A stretch of 64,000 nucleotides of DNA from Octopus bimaculoides. Taxonomy: Eukaryota. Made by a program: the position numbers and the translations under genes. How positions within the stretch are numbered: the stretch's first letter is position 1; every line of letters begins with the position of its first letter. The DNA lies in assembly GCF_001194135.2 (NCBI RefSeq), contig NC_068990.1, positions 16,570,536-16,634,535 on the forward strand, in the 5' to 3' direction. This document shows positions 1 through 11,150 of the stretch, one piece after another. The notes below the pieces were generated by a model. It had not been told where the DNA came from and made no database searches. It saw only the letters and a program-made list of their open reading frames with translations.

Positions 1-624
1 TTATGAACGTGTTACTGCAAGCCGAATATAAGTTGCTGAAGCGTTTGCTTACATGTCGAAACAAAATGAACATCCGATGTTTATTTTAGCCTATCGTTTT
101 TTAGACAATCATTTGTTATGAGAAAGTAACACATGGACTGAGGGGTTTATTTATCAATCATGAATATCAATGAAAAGCATCGGCTGACTATTGTTACAAG
201 GCGACCAGCTTTAAGTTTTACAAAAGCCAGTGACTAGCAAGTGGCGATATATCATTGGTGAATCTATTTCCTCCTCCCTCTCCGTCTTTCTCTCTTAAGC
301 CTTCTCTGACTTACAACTTCTTTTTCTCCAACACCGCCAACATCCTATCTATGCACAAATTTAAATCACGTTCACTCACATCTAATAAGTCTTTCTCATA
401 TTACAACGTTTGCGGTGGATTGGTAGGTTCGTTAGAGCATTGGACAAAACATCTTTAAGTATTTGTGTTCTGGCTCAGTACATTTTGAGTTCGAATCCCG
501 CAGAGGTCAAACTTCGCCATTCATCTTTCCGTGGCCGATAAAGTAAAATACCAGCTAAATATAGAGGTTGATTTACTCATTTATCCGCCCCAATCACATT
601 TCTGGCCTTGTACCTATAGAACCA

Positions 625-1112
625 TACCGTAAATCCTCGAGTATAGTCCGCCCTTGAGTATAATACGCAGGGGATTTTTAGGGGGCTGTACCTCTGAAAA
701 ACCTAAACCTTGTGTATAATACACACCCGTTCTCTAACTTGAGTCAAGGAGGTCTATATAACGTCCTTGGTTTGTAAACATATATACGGTAACGTCCTTT
801 ATTATTATTGTATATATAACATAATGCAAACGTGTAGCTTTTTTGTGCACTTTGCAGAAAATAAAGAAATAACAGTAATACCATCAATGAAAAATAAATA
901 TTAAATAAATTGCCTTTACATATTTATCACTATTAGTTACAAGCCCGACATCACAAAATGCGTCTGAATAAACATTGCCGGATAGCAAATAGAGACTCGG
1001 ACATTGCTTAGAAAATATTTTTCATTTTTAACTTCGTATATAGTTCGCACTAGGGATTTTGACCTTTAAATTTTGGGAAAAAAATGCGGATTATACTCGA
1101 GGATTTACAGTA
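625..1112. mobile_element. Tc1/mariner-superfamily (Tc2/pogo-like) MITE
   Basis: 25-bp TIRs CCGTAAATCCTCGAGTATAGTCCGC (627-651) and its reverse complement at 1086-1110 (23/25 identical). TA on both sides (625-626, 1111-1112). No long ORF. Confidence 0.85.
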
Positions 1113-1589
1113 TTTCTATCGACGGTCTATTGTATCCAGTCTCTTCATTTCAACCTTTCTTTCTTCCCTTTACTCTCACATGTCGAACAAAATAATTTCA
1201 AAGTTTAGTTACGGTTCTTTACATTCTGAGATCAAATCCCACCGAAGTCAACTTTGCCATTCATCCTTCCAAGTTCGATAAAATTAAGCACCAGCCAAGC
1301 ACTCGGGTCGATTTGTTCACCACTCCCTCCTTTTGTACCTATTGTTAGACGCATGTTGCTCTCAATCCTTCACCTTACTTAGTCTCTTTCTTTCAACCTT
1401 TCTTTCTCCCCCTTTACTCTCACTTTATGGGGTTGTCGAACAAAATACTTTACGTTCTGGGTTCAAATCTCACCAAAGTCAGCTTTGCCTGTCATCCTTC
1501 TAGGGTCAATATAAAAGCAGTAAGGCGACCTAAAACATCGTCGTGAATGGAATTACAATAGAGGACAAGACTTGTCTTTCAGTCCCTGA

Positions 1590-2640
1590 CTTATTTATCT
1601 TTCCATCTCGCTTATACTCTCTCTCTCTCTCTCTCCACACTCCGCAGCCATTTCAACATTATCTTATGGTTTTAATCTTTCTTTTCTCTTTCTCGCATCT
1701 CTCCAATTCTGTTTTTATCAGATAGTACATCTCACTCTCACCTCCCTCTTTTTACTCTTCTTACTTTTCATCCTACTTCAGCTCTCTCAACAATCATTTT
1801 CTCTTACTCTCTCAATCTCATAATTTCTATACCTTCATTTCTCTTATTACACCTTATTCTTCTCTCAAACTTTTTTCGTCTCTTCCCTTTTTTTATCTCA
1901 GCTATTTCCATTTCTTCTTCACATACTTCTATGCTTTATTCTCGCCACCCCTCCTCCTATTCGTGTTTCTCTTCAATCTGTTTTTCACATTTCCCCTTCT
2001 CCAATAATCTTTCACATTTTGCCCGTCCTCTTGCTTCGTATTTTTCTCGCAACAGATTTCCGTCTTTCTCTATCATTTTTATTCTTCTTTCTCGCTCTCA
2101 TTCTGTCATACGTTTTACGTTTCTCTTTTACTCTCTCGCTCTCTTATTCTTACACACACACACACACACAGAGTCATACTCTTTACGTCTCTCTCTCTCT
2201 CTTTCCCTCACTTACACTCATTCTCTTTCATACACTCCATTTCTTTGACTCTTACTGCCACTTCTTTATCAGTTCTCTTTTTTTTCTTTCTTTACCTTAC
2301 ATTTCCTTGCAAAACATTCCCCTTCATTCACTTTTCTCCTCTAACCTTTCCTCTTTCATATACATTTTTTCTTAGTTCAATATTTTCTTCCCTTCACCTC
2401 ATTTCTTTCTCTCTCTCTCTCTCTGATTTCCTTTTTCTTTTTTGTCAATGTTTCTCTCAATTACTTTTTCATGAGAAAATAGAAGAATTTCCTATCTTTT
2501 TATTCATAATTTTCTCACGACTCTGATTTTCATCCCTCTCTTTCCCTCTCGTTACTCCATTTAATATCCTTCCCGCTTTCATTTTTAATCTTTCTCTTCC
2601 TCATGCTCATCCTTTCTCTTACAAACACAGGCTCAAAATC
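1590..2640. repeat. ~1 kb pyrimidine-rich (CT-rich) low-complexity tract
   Basis: + strand almost entirely C/T, with (CT)n and (CA)n runs. The F/L/S-rich ORFs here are compositional artefacts. Confidence 0.9.
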
Positions 2641-3062
2641 TTCGCTTAACCCGAGATTATTCACGAAATTATTTATTTGACAAAGAGAAAAAAAAAACTT
2701 CTAGGGAAACAGGTATCATAATGACCGATATAAATGTTGGCTTGTTTATTTCTACGGTCATGGTTTTCATTGAATAGAGAGAAGTGGAGAGAGAGGGTGA
2801 AAGAGAGCGACAGAGATTTAACACAAGAATTGTAGGATAAAGTGCCTTATAACTTCCTGAAAAAGGATCTGGTCTTTCTCATTCGCAAAATTAGTCCCCT
2901 TTAATTTTGCTCAGATTGCTTTTAGTTTTAGTGTATCGATGCAACTCTGAATTTTAATTACGACCAACCAATTACTTTATCTCGTAAATTAAAGAATCTG
3001 ATTGAAGTTGGGAAGTTTGGGTAATTTTAGCTTATCAACAGACTGCGTGGCATTAGCAGCTT

Positions 3063-3076
3063 GTTACCATGACAAT
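3063..3076. promoter_or_regulatory. Candidate RFX X-box in a CpG-containing unique segment
   Basis: GTTACCATGACAAT matches the X-box consensus GTHNYYATRRNAAC with one mismatch. It is followed by CpG-rich CGCACGCTGCGTCGTGG. Confidence 0.35.
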
Positions 3077-4184
3077 CGCACGCTGCGTCGTGGTTCACTG
3101 TTGTCTGTTGATTTTTCACACTTAGTATTTTTACATATTTTTGGGACTCATTGACTCAGATAGCTGGATTTATGATTTCACTAGGTTAATTCTATTCATA
3201 AAATTTTTAATTAGGAGTATTTCTTGAACCGTTAGCTTCACATTTCAACAATTTAACTGAAATTTAGCACACGTAACAGGAACTGAGAGGGATATCGTGG
3301 AACAGAGAAACTGTGGGTGATACAGATAATATGACATTATTTTTGAATTCTGCATGCAAAAAACATATAAGATACAGATATTCTTTTCCTTGGAACAAAT
3401 TCTTTGTTGACCAGTGTTATTCTTATAATTTACAAATCCAAACATGAAAACGTTACTCAACTTTGGAGTTTTAGAGACAGACGCCCCCTTTTCACACACA
3501 CACATGCACTTATATATTAAAGATGTACATAAATACATGGCAGGTATACATAATACTGAAGCGCGCATAAAGTAAACACATGCAGACAAATATATTAATA
3601 TAACGATTTTTTTTTAATTATAAAGGGTATTTCTGTTTATTTAGAACCTACAATGAACAGGTTAGACACTAAACTATAAATTTCACAGGGTACAACCTTA
3701 AAGTTGACACCGCTCCGCTAAACGCAGAAAATTGCTGTCTCGCCTTTGGCTAAAAATACCGTTTTTTCGATTTTTAAACCTCCGTAACTTTTTTCTCCAA
3801 TTTTTTTCTGCACAACATCATACCTTCAAAGCAATGAGACTGGAAGGCTACATTATTATAGCCGATTTTCAGATTTTTTACTTCCTTTTAAAATATGCAT
3901 ATTTTGCAAATGAAAAAAAAAAAAACTAGATCCCTAAAATATACACAAATTTTAATAAAATTCTACAGAGATAAGTCTTTAATGGAGTAGATTGCTATTA
4001 TGCTAAGATTTAGAAAAATAACATATCTATATGTTTAATTTTAAGGTAATAAATAATTTCTTTTGAAAATTAATATTACTCTTATTACCAAGAAATTCTA
4101 TAAAATTTCAATTATAATTATTGTTTGCCATATTTCCTGATATTACCCGTTGTGACAAACGAACCCTTCCAAAGATACTCATTA

Positions 4185-4512
4185 CAGGGCCGGTCCCAGG
4201 AATTTTTCGAAGGGAGGGCACAAGGTCAGNNNNNNNNNNNNNNNNNNNNNNNNNNNNNNNNNNNNNNNNNNNNNNNNNNNNNNNNNNNNNNNNNNNNNNN
4301 NNNNNNNNNNNNNNNNNNNNNNNNNNNNNNNNNNNNNNNNNNNNNNNNNNNNNNNNNNNNNNNNNNNNNNNNNNNNNNNNNNNNNNNNNNNNNNNNNNNN
4401 NNNNNNNNNNNNNNNNNNNNNNNNNNNNNNNNNNNNNNNNNNNNNNNNNNNNNNNNNNNNNNNNNNNNNNNNNNNGGGGGGGGGGGCACATGCCCCTCAT
4501 CCCCTACCCCTG
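4185..4512. mobile_element. Non-autonomous DNA element with CAGGG...CCCTG termini (interior is an assembly gap)
   Basis: Starts CAGGGCCGGTCCCAGGAATTTT and ends GGGGGGGCACATGCCCC...CCTACCCCTG. CATTA is present on both flanks. Confidence 0.5.
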
Positions 4513-4539
4513 CATTATATGATGGCTAACATTGCTTAC

Positions 4540-4810
4540 TGCTTATGAGAGCCCATCGAAGGTGATGACAGCGTCGATCCATGACATTCGTCCTCCCGTA
4601 CACTGTTTTTCTTGAGAGCGGACGTGGTTGACAGGACCAATTCGAGATAGGCAGATCCTGTGGCACTGGGGGGCACTGAAAGTGACCCCGAACAACAGCC
4701 ACAGGGAATGATGACGATGTCTCCGCCTCTCTGAGGCTTGCTTCCAGTCTCAATCTCACTGAAGAAGGCCATCTTTGGGAATAGGTTACCTGGCAACCGA
4801 ATCAGCAATT
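4540..4810 (-). mobile_element. Degenerate LINE 3' fragment (RTE/L2-like C-terminus)
   Basis: Minus strand reads IRLPGNLFPKMAFFSEIETGSKPQRGG, resembling the post-RT motif R(M/L)PxxRxPKxxxxxELxxGxRxxG. Confidence 0.55.
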
Positions 4811-4994
4811 TCGGGGAAGGTAGTAAGTTGCTTACATCGACTCCTGTGTTCAGCTGGCACTTATTTTATCAACCCCGAAAAGATGAAAAACAAAGTCGAC
4901 CTTGGTGGAATTTGAACTCAGAATGTTATTTGGCGGAAGCAATGCCGCTAGGCATGTAACGATTCTGCTTGCTTGCCACTGTAATAATTATAAT

Positions 4995-5200
4995 AATAAT
5001 CCTTTCTACTGAAAGCACAAGGCCTGAAATTTGGGGGAAGGGGACTGGTTAATTACATCGATCCCAGTGTTTCACTGGTACTAAATTTATCGACCTCAAA
5101 AGAATGAAAGGCAAAGTCAACCTCGGCGGAATTTGTACTCAGAAAATAGCGGCAGACGAGATACCGCTAAATGTGTCGCCCGGCGTGCTAGCGATTCTGC
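4995..5200 (+). mobile_element. SINE-type repeat, family A
   Basis: Shares ...TTACATCGACCCCAGT...ATGAAAGGCAAAGTCGACCTCGGCGGAATTTGAACTCAGAA...GCTAACGATTCTG with many other copies in the window. Confidence 0.8.
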
Positions 5201-5669
5201 TTTACTAGTACTTTATTTTACCAACTCCAAGAGGATGAGAGGCAACACATTTGGACTGACTTCATTTATCTTCAAACTTAGAATATTCATAATTATTAAC
5301 GAGATCGATTTGCGTTTACTTTATCTTCCAAACTTAATATATTCAGGTTTAATTGTTATTTTGACTTATATTCAGAATTCTATAATATCGATTTACCTTC
5401 ATTAATTTTCAGGTTTTCACTCATGCTTCATTTAAGTTTCCTGATAACAAAGGGTTTCTAGCATTGGTACAAAGCTACGTAGTTTTAGGGACACACAATT
5501 TAGACCCTACTTTTTGATTCGTATCTTTTATCTTTTACTTGTTTCAGTCATGAGACTGTGACCATGCTGGGGTACCGCCTTGGAGAGTCTTTAGTCGAAT
5601 GAATCAACCCCAGTACTTACTTTTTAAGCCTGCCACTTATTCCATCAGTCTCTTTTGCAGAATCGCTAA

Positions 5670-5900
5670 GTTACGGGGACGTAAACACACCAGCACCGGT
5701 TGTCAAGTGGTGATGGGGGTAACAGACATACATATATATATATATATATAGATGAGCTTCTTTCAGTTTCCGCCGACCAAATCCACTTTGGTCGGCCTGA
5801 AGCTGTAGCAAAAGACATTTGCCCAAGGTGCCACGTAGTGGGACTGAACCCGGGACCACGTGGTTGGGAAGCAAGCTTCTTACCACACAGTCACTCCTGC
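5670..5900 (-). mobile_element. tRNA-derived SINE, family C
   Basis: Minus strand head GGAGTGACTGTGTGGTAAGAAGCTTGCTTCCCAACCACGTGGTCCCGGGTTCAGTCCC (A/B-box-like). Same family at 46590-46760 and 49980-50270. Confidence 0.8.
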
Positions 5901-7124
5901 GCCAATTTATTATTTAATATTATTAAAATTTTTGTTTGTTTCTAATTTAGTCACAAGGCCAGCAATTCTTAAAAAGAAAGGTTAGTCTATTCTACTGGCT
6001 ACAGCACTTGGCTGGTACTTCATTTTATCAACCTCGAAAAAAACAAAAAAAAAATGAAACAAAGTTGACCTTAGTAAGATTTGAACGAAAAGAACCAATA
6101 TGGATATTGCAAAGGGTTTTCCCAACACTAACGATTCTGCCAGCTCACCGCCTTATCTTAATATACAAAACAAGAGTTTTGTATATTAAGGGTTAGGGTT
6201 ACGCCGAAAACGGGTGGTGTGCGTATTTCTTACCTCCGTAATGTCCATGTGATNNNNNNNNNNNNNNNNNNNNNNNNNNNNNNNNNNNNNNNNNNNNNNN
6301 NNNNNNNNNNNNNNNNNNNNNNNNNNNNNNNNNNNNNNNNNNNNNNNNNNNNNNNNNNNNNNNNNNNNNNNNNNNNNNNNNNNNNNNNNNNNNNNNNNNN
6401 NNNNNNNNNNNNNNNNNNNNNNNNNNNNNNNNNNNNNNNNNNNNNNNNNNNNNNNNNNNNNNNNNNNNNNNNNNNNNNNNNNNNNNNNNNNNNNNNNNNN
6501 NNNNNNNNNNNNNNNNNNNNNNNNNNNNNNNNNNNNNNNNNNNNNNNNNNNNNNNNNNNNNNNNNNNNNNNNNNNNNNNNNNNNNNNNNNNNNNNNNNNN
6601 NNNNNNNNNNNNNNNNNNNNNNNNNNNNNNNNNNNNNNNNNNNNNNNNNNNNNNNNNNNNNNNNNNNNNNNNNNNNNNNNNNNNNNNNNNNNNNNNNNNN
6701 NNNNNNNNNNNNNNNNNNNNNNNNNNNNNNNNNNNNNNNNNNNNNNNNNNNNNNNNNNNNNNNNNNNNNNNNNNNNNNNNNNNNNNNNNNNNNNNNNNNN
6801 NNNNNNNNNNNNNNNNNNNNNNNNNNNNNNNNNNNNNNNNNNNNNNNNNNNNNNNNNNNNNNNNNNNNNNNNNNNNNNNNNNNNNNNNNNNNNNNNNNNN
6901 NNNNNNNNNNNNNNNNNNNNNNNNNNNNNNNNNNNNNNNNNNNNNNNNNNNNNNNNNNNNNNNNNNNNNNNNNNNNNNNNNNNNNNNNNNNNNTCAGATT
7001 ACATATAGTCCGTCTCCGCCTTACATATTAGTTCCATTTCTTTTTTTTCCTACAAAAACGAAACTCTATAGTATGTTATACAATTAGTAAAAGCTTATTG
7101 TTTTCCTACCTTATTTCTTATAAA

Positions 7125-7340
7125 TAATCCTTTCTGCTATAGGCACAAAGTCTGAAATTTGGGGTAGGTGGATAGTCGATTACATCGACCCCAGTACTCA
7201 ACTGGTACTTAATTTATCGACACCGAGAGGATGAAAGGCAAAGTCAACCTCGACGGAATTTGAAATCAGAACGTACAGACAGAGAAATGCCGCTAAGCAT
7301 TTTGCCCAGCATGCTAACGATTCTGCCAGCTCACCGCCTT
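7125..7340 (+). mobile_element. SINE-type repeat, family A (CpG-intact copy)
   Basis: Alignable by eye to 4995-5200, 60305-60510 and 63462-63696. Confidence 0.8.
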
Positions 7341-7939
7341 ATCTTAATATACAAAACAAGAGTTTTGTATATTAAGGGTTAGGGTTACGCCGAAAACGGG
7401 TGGTGTGCGTATTTCTTACCTCCGTAATGTCCATGTGATTCCATCGCTCTAATGAGCAGATACTCATCGGAATTCCAACAAGTGTTTACTTTTATCTTAC
7501 TGCTTATATCCTTGTTTTGGCGAAGGTAAAGAATACGCACACCCAGTGTTTAGGGTAACACCGAAAACGGGTGGTGTGCGTATTCTTTACCTCCGCCCAA
7601 AATGCTTAGCAGCGTTTCGTTCGTCCTTATGTTCTGAGTTCAAATTACGTTGAGGTCGACTTTGCACAAAATAAGTATCAGTTGAAAACTGGAGTCGATG
7701 TAATCGACTACACCGCTTACCTTAAAATTTTAGGCCGTGCACCTATAGTGGAAAGATTATTATTATTATTATTATTATTGCAGAGGTTCGGAATAGCTAT
7801 TATAATCTCACGGGGAAATAATTGGACACGAAATTGAGTGGCAAAATGTAAAAACTAGGGGAAAAAATACGGTAAACTTTTACCATTACACTTGTCTCAG
7901 GAGACGGGTGTAATCGCTGATCGGCGGACTTTCAGAATC

Positions 7940-8390
7940 TTTTTTATTGCCTTCACAGTGTTTACCGTTTTACAAAATTGAATTAGAAAACTGGACAAAA
8001 CGGAGAACAAAATTGAAAAAATTATAAAGAAAAAAAACACAAAACAAAACAATTCATCACCTTGGGTTGAAAAGTTGGGGGCGCTGGGAAACCTCTCTAA
8101 TGGCTATTGAGGCACGTCAGCACGTTTGCAGCGTTGCCGCGAGTGATGGCGAGGTTGATGCGCTGGAACGGCCAAGCGCCCTCAAGAGCCTCATCAGTTA
8201 CCTCTACAAGGCGAGTTGCCAGTGAAGACAGGAATCTCGCAGTTAGTGGTCCGACCCCACCAAACGTCTCGAACGCCACAGGATGAAAAATNNNNNNNNN
8301 NACCCCACCAAACGTCTCGAACGCCACAGGATGAAAAATGTAGTTGGCCGACAGATCGCGGTATTTCAGGATTTTGTTCCGCTCGTAGAG
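7940..8390 (-). mobile_element. 3' end of a non-LTR retrotransposon with restriction-like endonuclease (CRE-clade-like)
   Basis: Minus strand reads ERNKILKYRDLSANYIFHPVAFETFGGVGPLTARFLSSLATRL...WPFQRINLAITRGNAANVL*, the REL C-terminal motif K..KY...F.P.A.ET.G...QR.S.AI.RGNA. Followed by a 3' UTR with AATAAA near 7945. Confidence 0.75.
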
Positions 8391-9769
8391 TAGAATTCCG
8401 CCGAGAAATCAATCCCAGTTATAAATTAAAATTAAATTTGATCGGTGTATTCTTAATTATGTACCTAACTTAGATTGCATCCGCCATTGCAGAAGAAAAC
8501 AAATTACTTTTTAGAATTTCAAAGTAAATTTTGAATATTAACGTATCAGAGTTTACAAATTGGTGACGCGAAAATTGAAACAGAATTGCGAGATAAGAGT
8601 GTCAATTTGTTGAGAACGTATCGTCGAAACTCTGACTCAACACCAACAGTAACTAAGATGCACATTAAACGGTGCATTCTTAATTATGTACGGTTGTAAA
8701 ATTTTATCCACCTTTGGCGCAGACAGTCCAATTTCGTTACTTCGAAAAACATTTCGTAAATTTAATTCGTCTATTTCATTTTTATATGCCTATATATTTA
8801 TCTATCTACTACACAATTCATTGTCCACTTATTTATTTCAAATATATCTAAATTTTAAAACTTAAAATTCATCTCTCAATCTTGACTTAGCAATTTTTCT
8901 TCGATGTTTTGAAAAAAAGAAACATACAAATGGCCATATTTCAGTGATTGGTAAACAAAACAATTCTAACGTTCACTTAAAAAGAAATCTGAAAGAATGA
9001 TCGTTATTTCTAAATATTTCTAAATTATTTATACCACAGCTATTAACCTTGCGAACCCGTTTGTTCAGTAACTTCTAAATTAAAAAAGAAATAACCAAAG
9101 TAGCTCAAATCTTCAAATCGTTAACGGTTGTTACCCACGCTATGGTCTAAAAGTTTCCAGACTTCACTAGTATTTAAACTATTTAGAACATCAATTCTAT
9201 TCGCAATTAAAAACAATAACAACTAAAAATACAAATCATACAATACAACAGAAGAACTAAATGTAAGTTTATTATTATTTGCGAATTTTCTGTAAATATA
9301 AAGTAAAGCTTATTGCTTGCGTTTATGACTAACAACTTAACTGATACTAATCAGCTTCATTATTTGTTAAGGCCAAGTCATCCTTGACCAAACGGACTTA
9401 TTTATAGTCAAAGTAATTCCAGCCTTAACCACCACTTCTTGAATTTTGGCACAGCTTGTTTATAATCCTTTTTAATGGATTATAAGATTGGAAGATTTGA
9501 TTATTATTTCTAGTTGGTCGGACGCAAACAGTCGATTGCTTTAGGGACTCGTTTTCGTCAATTGTCAAGTTCTAAAGGGATTTACACACAGTTGTTTATG
9601 TGTGTGTGTGGGGGATCTTTCTGATTTGGCGGACACCACTTGTTTTCTTAACGAAACACTTTCAAACTTGGGACACTGGTACATGTATACACACACACGT
9701 ATGTAAACATAGATTGGATGGTCATTATCCAGCACAATATCTCCACATTTGTTACTGCCCTTTGTTAAC

Positions 9770-10680
9770 TCCATGAGATTTCACCTCTTGAGACCCACCT
9801 TCTCGTCTAGGAACACTCCATCCTTCTCTCTTGCTCACTATTTGTGATTCCTTTATACTCACTTTTCCTCTCAGTCCTTTTATGCTCCATCATTCATGTA
9901 CACTAACATTACACATCCAGTAGAACAGGCTTGCTTCATTTCTTTACAACTCTCACATATCCTCTACGTCAAATCCTCTGTTTTCACTGCAATACAAACT
10001 TGTATATCATATACAAAAGTTATACAATCTGTCCTTCATATGAAGGGAGGATTTCTATGTTGAAAACAACTCCCTGAACCTTTTCTGAACCATTCATACT
10101 TTGACCACCCATCTCTATTGCCTATATAACTGAAGCTATCAATTACTTTTAGGGAGCTTTCTAAGAATTTATTTATTTATGTACTCCAATGCTTCTATTA
10201 CGGACCAGGTCCTTTTTCTCTGTCGGCCTGCCTGTGATCCCCACTGCATCTCTTGTATATATCCATAGTTTACAATGGATACATCTTACCCACTCCTTTT
10301 CAATATATTGAGCATAACCACTTCCTAAATGGTATAGCTTTGCTAGATTTATCACCGACTACTTGGTTTACATGTGAGGTTGGTTGGTTCCCTGAAGTTG
10401 GTGTGGCATAGGGTTAATTCATTTACATCATAGAATTCCCAAAACATTGATCCCTCTTCATTCCTTCCACTTGTTTTGTAGCCTCTATGAACTTCAGGGT
10501 ATCCATCATGGTGATTCTCAACATATCCATTAAACCCACCAGCTGTGATAACAAAGTCACTGTCATGCATTATCAAGGTTGTCTGTCCGAGGACCTCATA
10601 AAAACTGCATTTTCTCATCTGTCAATCCTCATTGGACTGCTTATTCAGTGCAAACCATAGTTACCATGTTATCTAAGATA
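9770..10680 (-). mobile_element. Degenerate RTE LINE (APE endonuclease region)
   Basis: Minus ORF 10352-10618 FVITAGGFNGYVENHHDGYPEVHRGY...RNEEG...EFYDVNELTLCHTNF corresponds to the APE motif GDFNGHVG...RNEEG...N(T)xF. Frameshifts and stops are present. Confidence 0.85.
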
Positions 10681-11009
10681 AGTTTAAACTTAATGAACCT
10701 GTCACATACTCTATCTCAATAATTTTATCTATCCCTTTCTTTTCGAACAATATACTTATTCTACCAATCCAGTTCCGTTACCCACCCAGAAATACTTGTA
10801 TCTGTGATGGGTGTGGCCAGGGCTCTGTGGTTCAGAAGTTTGCTTCCCAGCCACCTGGTTTCAGGTTCGCTCCCACTGCATGCAGTGAGACTGAATGAGA
10901 AAGTGTCTTCTACTATAACTCCAGGTCAATAAAAGCCTTGGGAGTGGCTTTGGTAGATTGAAACTGAAAGAAACCTGTTGTAACAGTGTGTGTGTGTGTA
11001 TATATATAG

Positions 11010-11150
11010 TCTGGTCTTCGAAACGTCTAGATAGAATAGAGACAGCTGATGAAGGGATATTCCAAGGGGCTTTCCGTTTTCCTATGTGTTCGTTCCGTTG
11101 TCTGTAGTTTATTGTTCTAACGTCCTGTACCCTGATATGCATGTATATAC
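11010..11150 (+). mobile_element. Penelope-like pseudo-LTR remnant
   Basis: Contains CGAAACGTC and GAGACAGCTGATGAAGGG (broken hammerhead half-motifs) followed by a T-rich segment typical of PLE repeats. Confidence 0.4.

Noticed and set aside
1931-2526. Overlapping F/L/S-rich ORFs
   Set aside because: Products of the CT-rich low-complexity tract; no splice or homology support.
4108-4529. ORFs spanning N runs (also 6219, 28091, 35514, 43562, 53235, 58540)
   Set aside because: Their length comes from untranslatable assembly gaps.
8444-8691. 21-bp direct repeat GGTG(T/C)ATTCTTAATTATGTAC and nearby minus-strand ATGGCG
   Set aside because: Only two copies, and the ATG is followed by a stop after five codons; no function can be supported.
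11040-11075. Hammerhead at GAGACAGCTGATGAAGGG
   Set aside because: The GAAA and cleavage triplet expected downstream of stem II are missing; at most a broken remnant.
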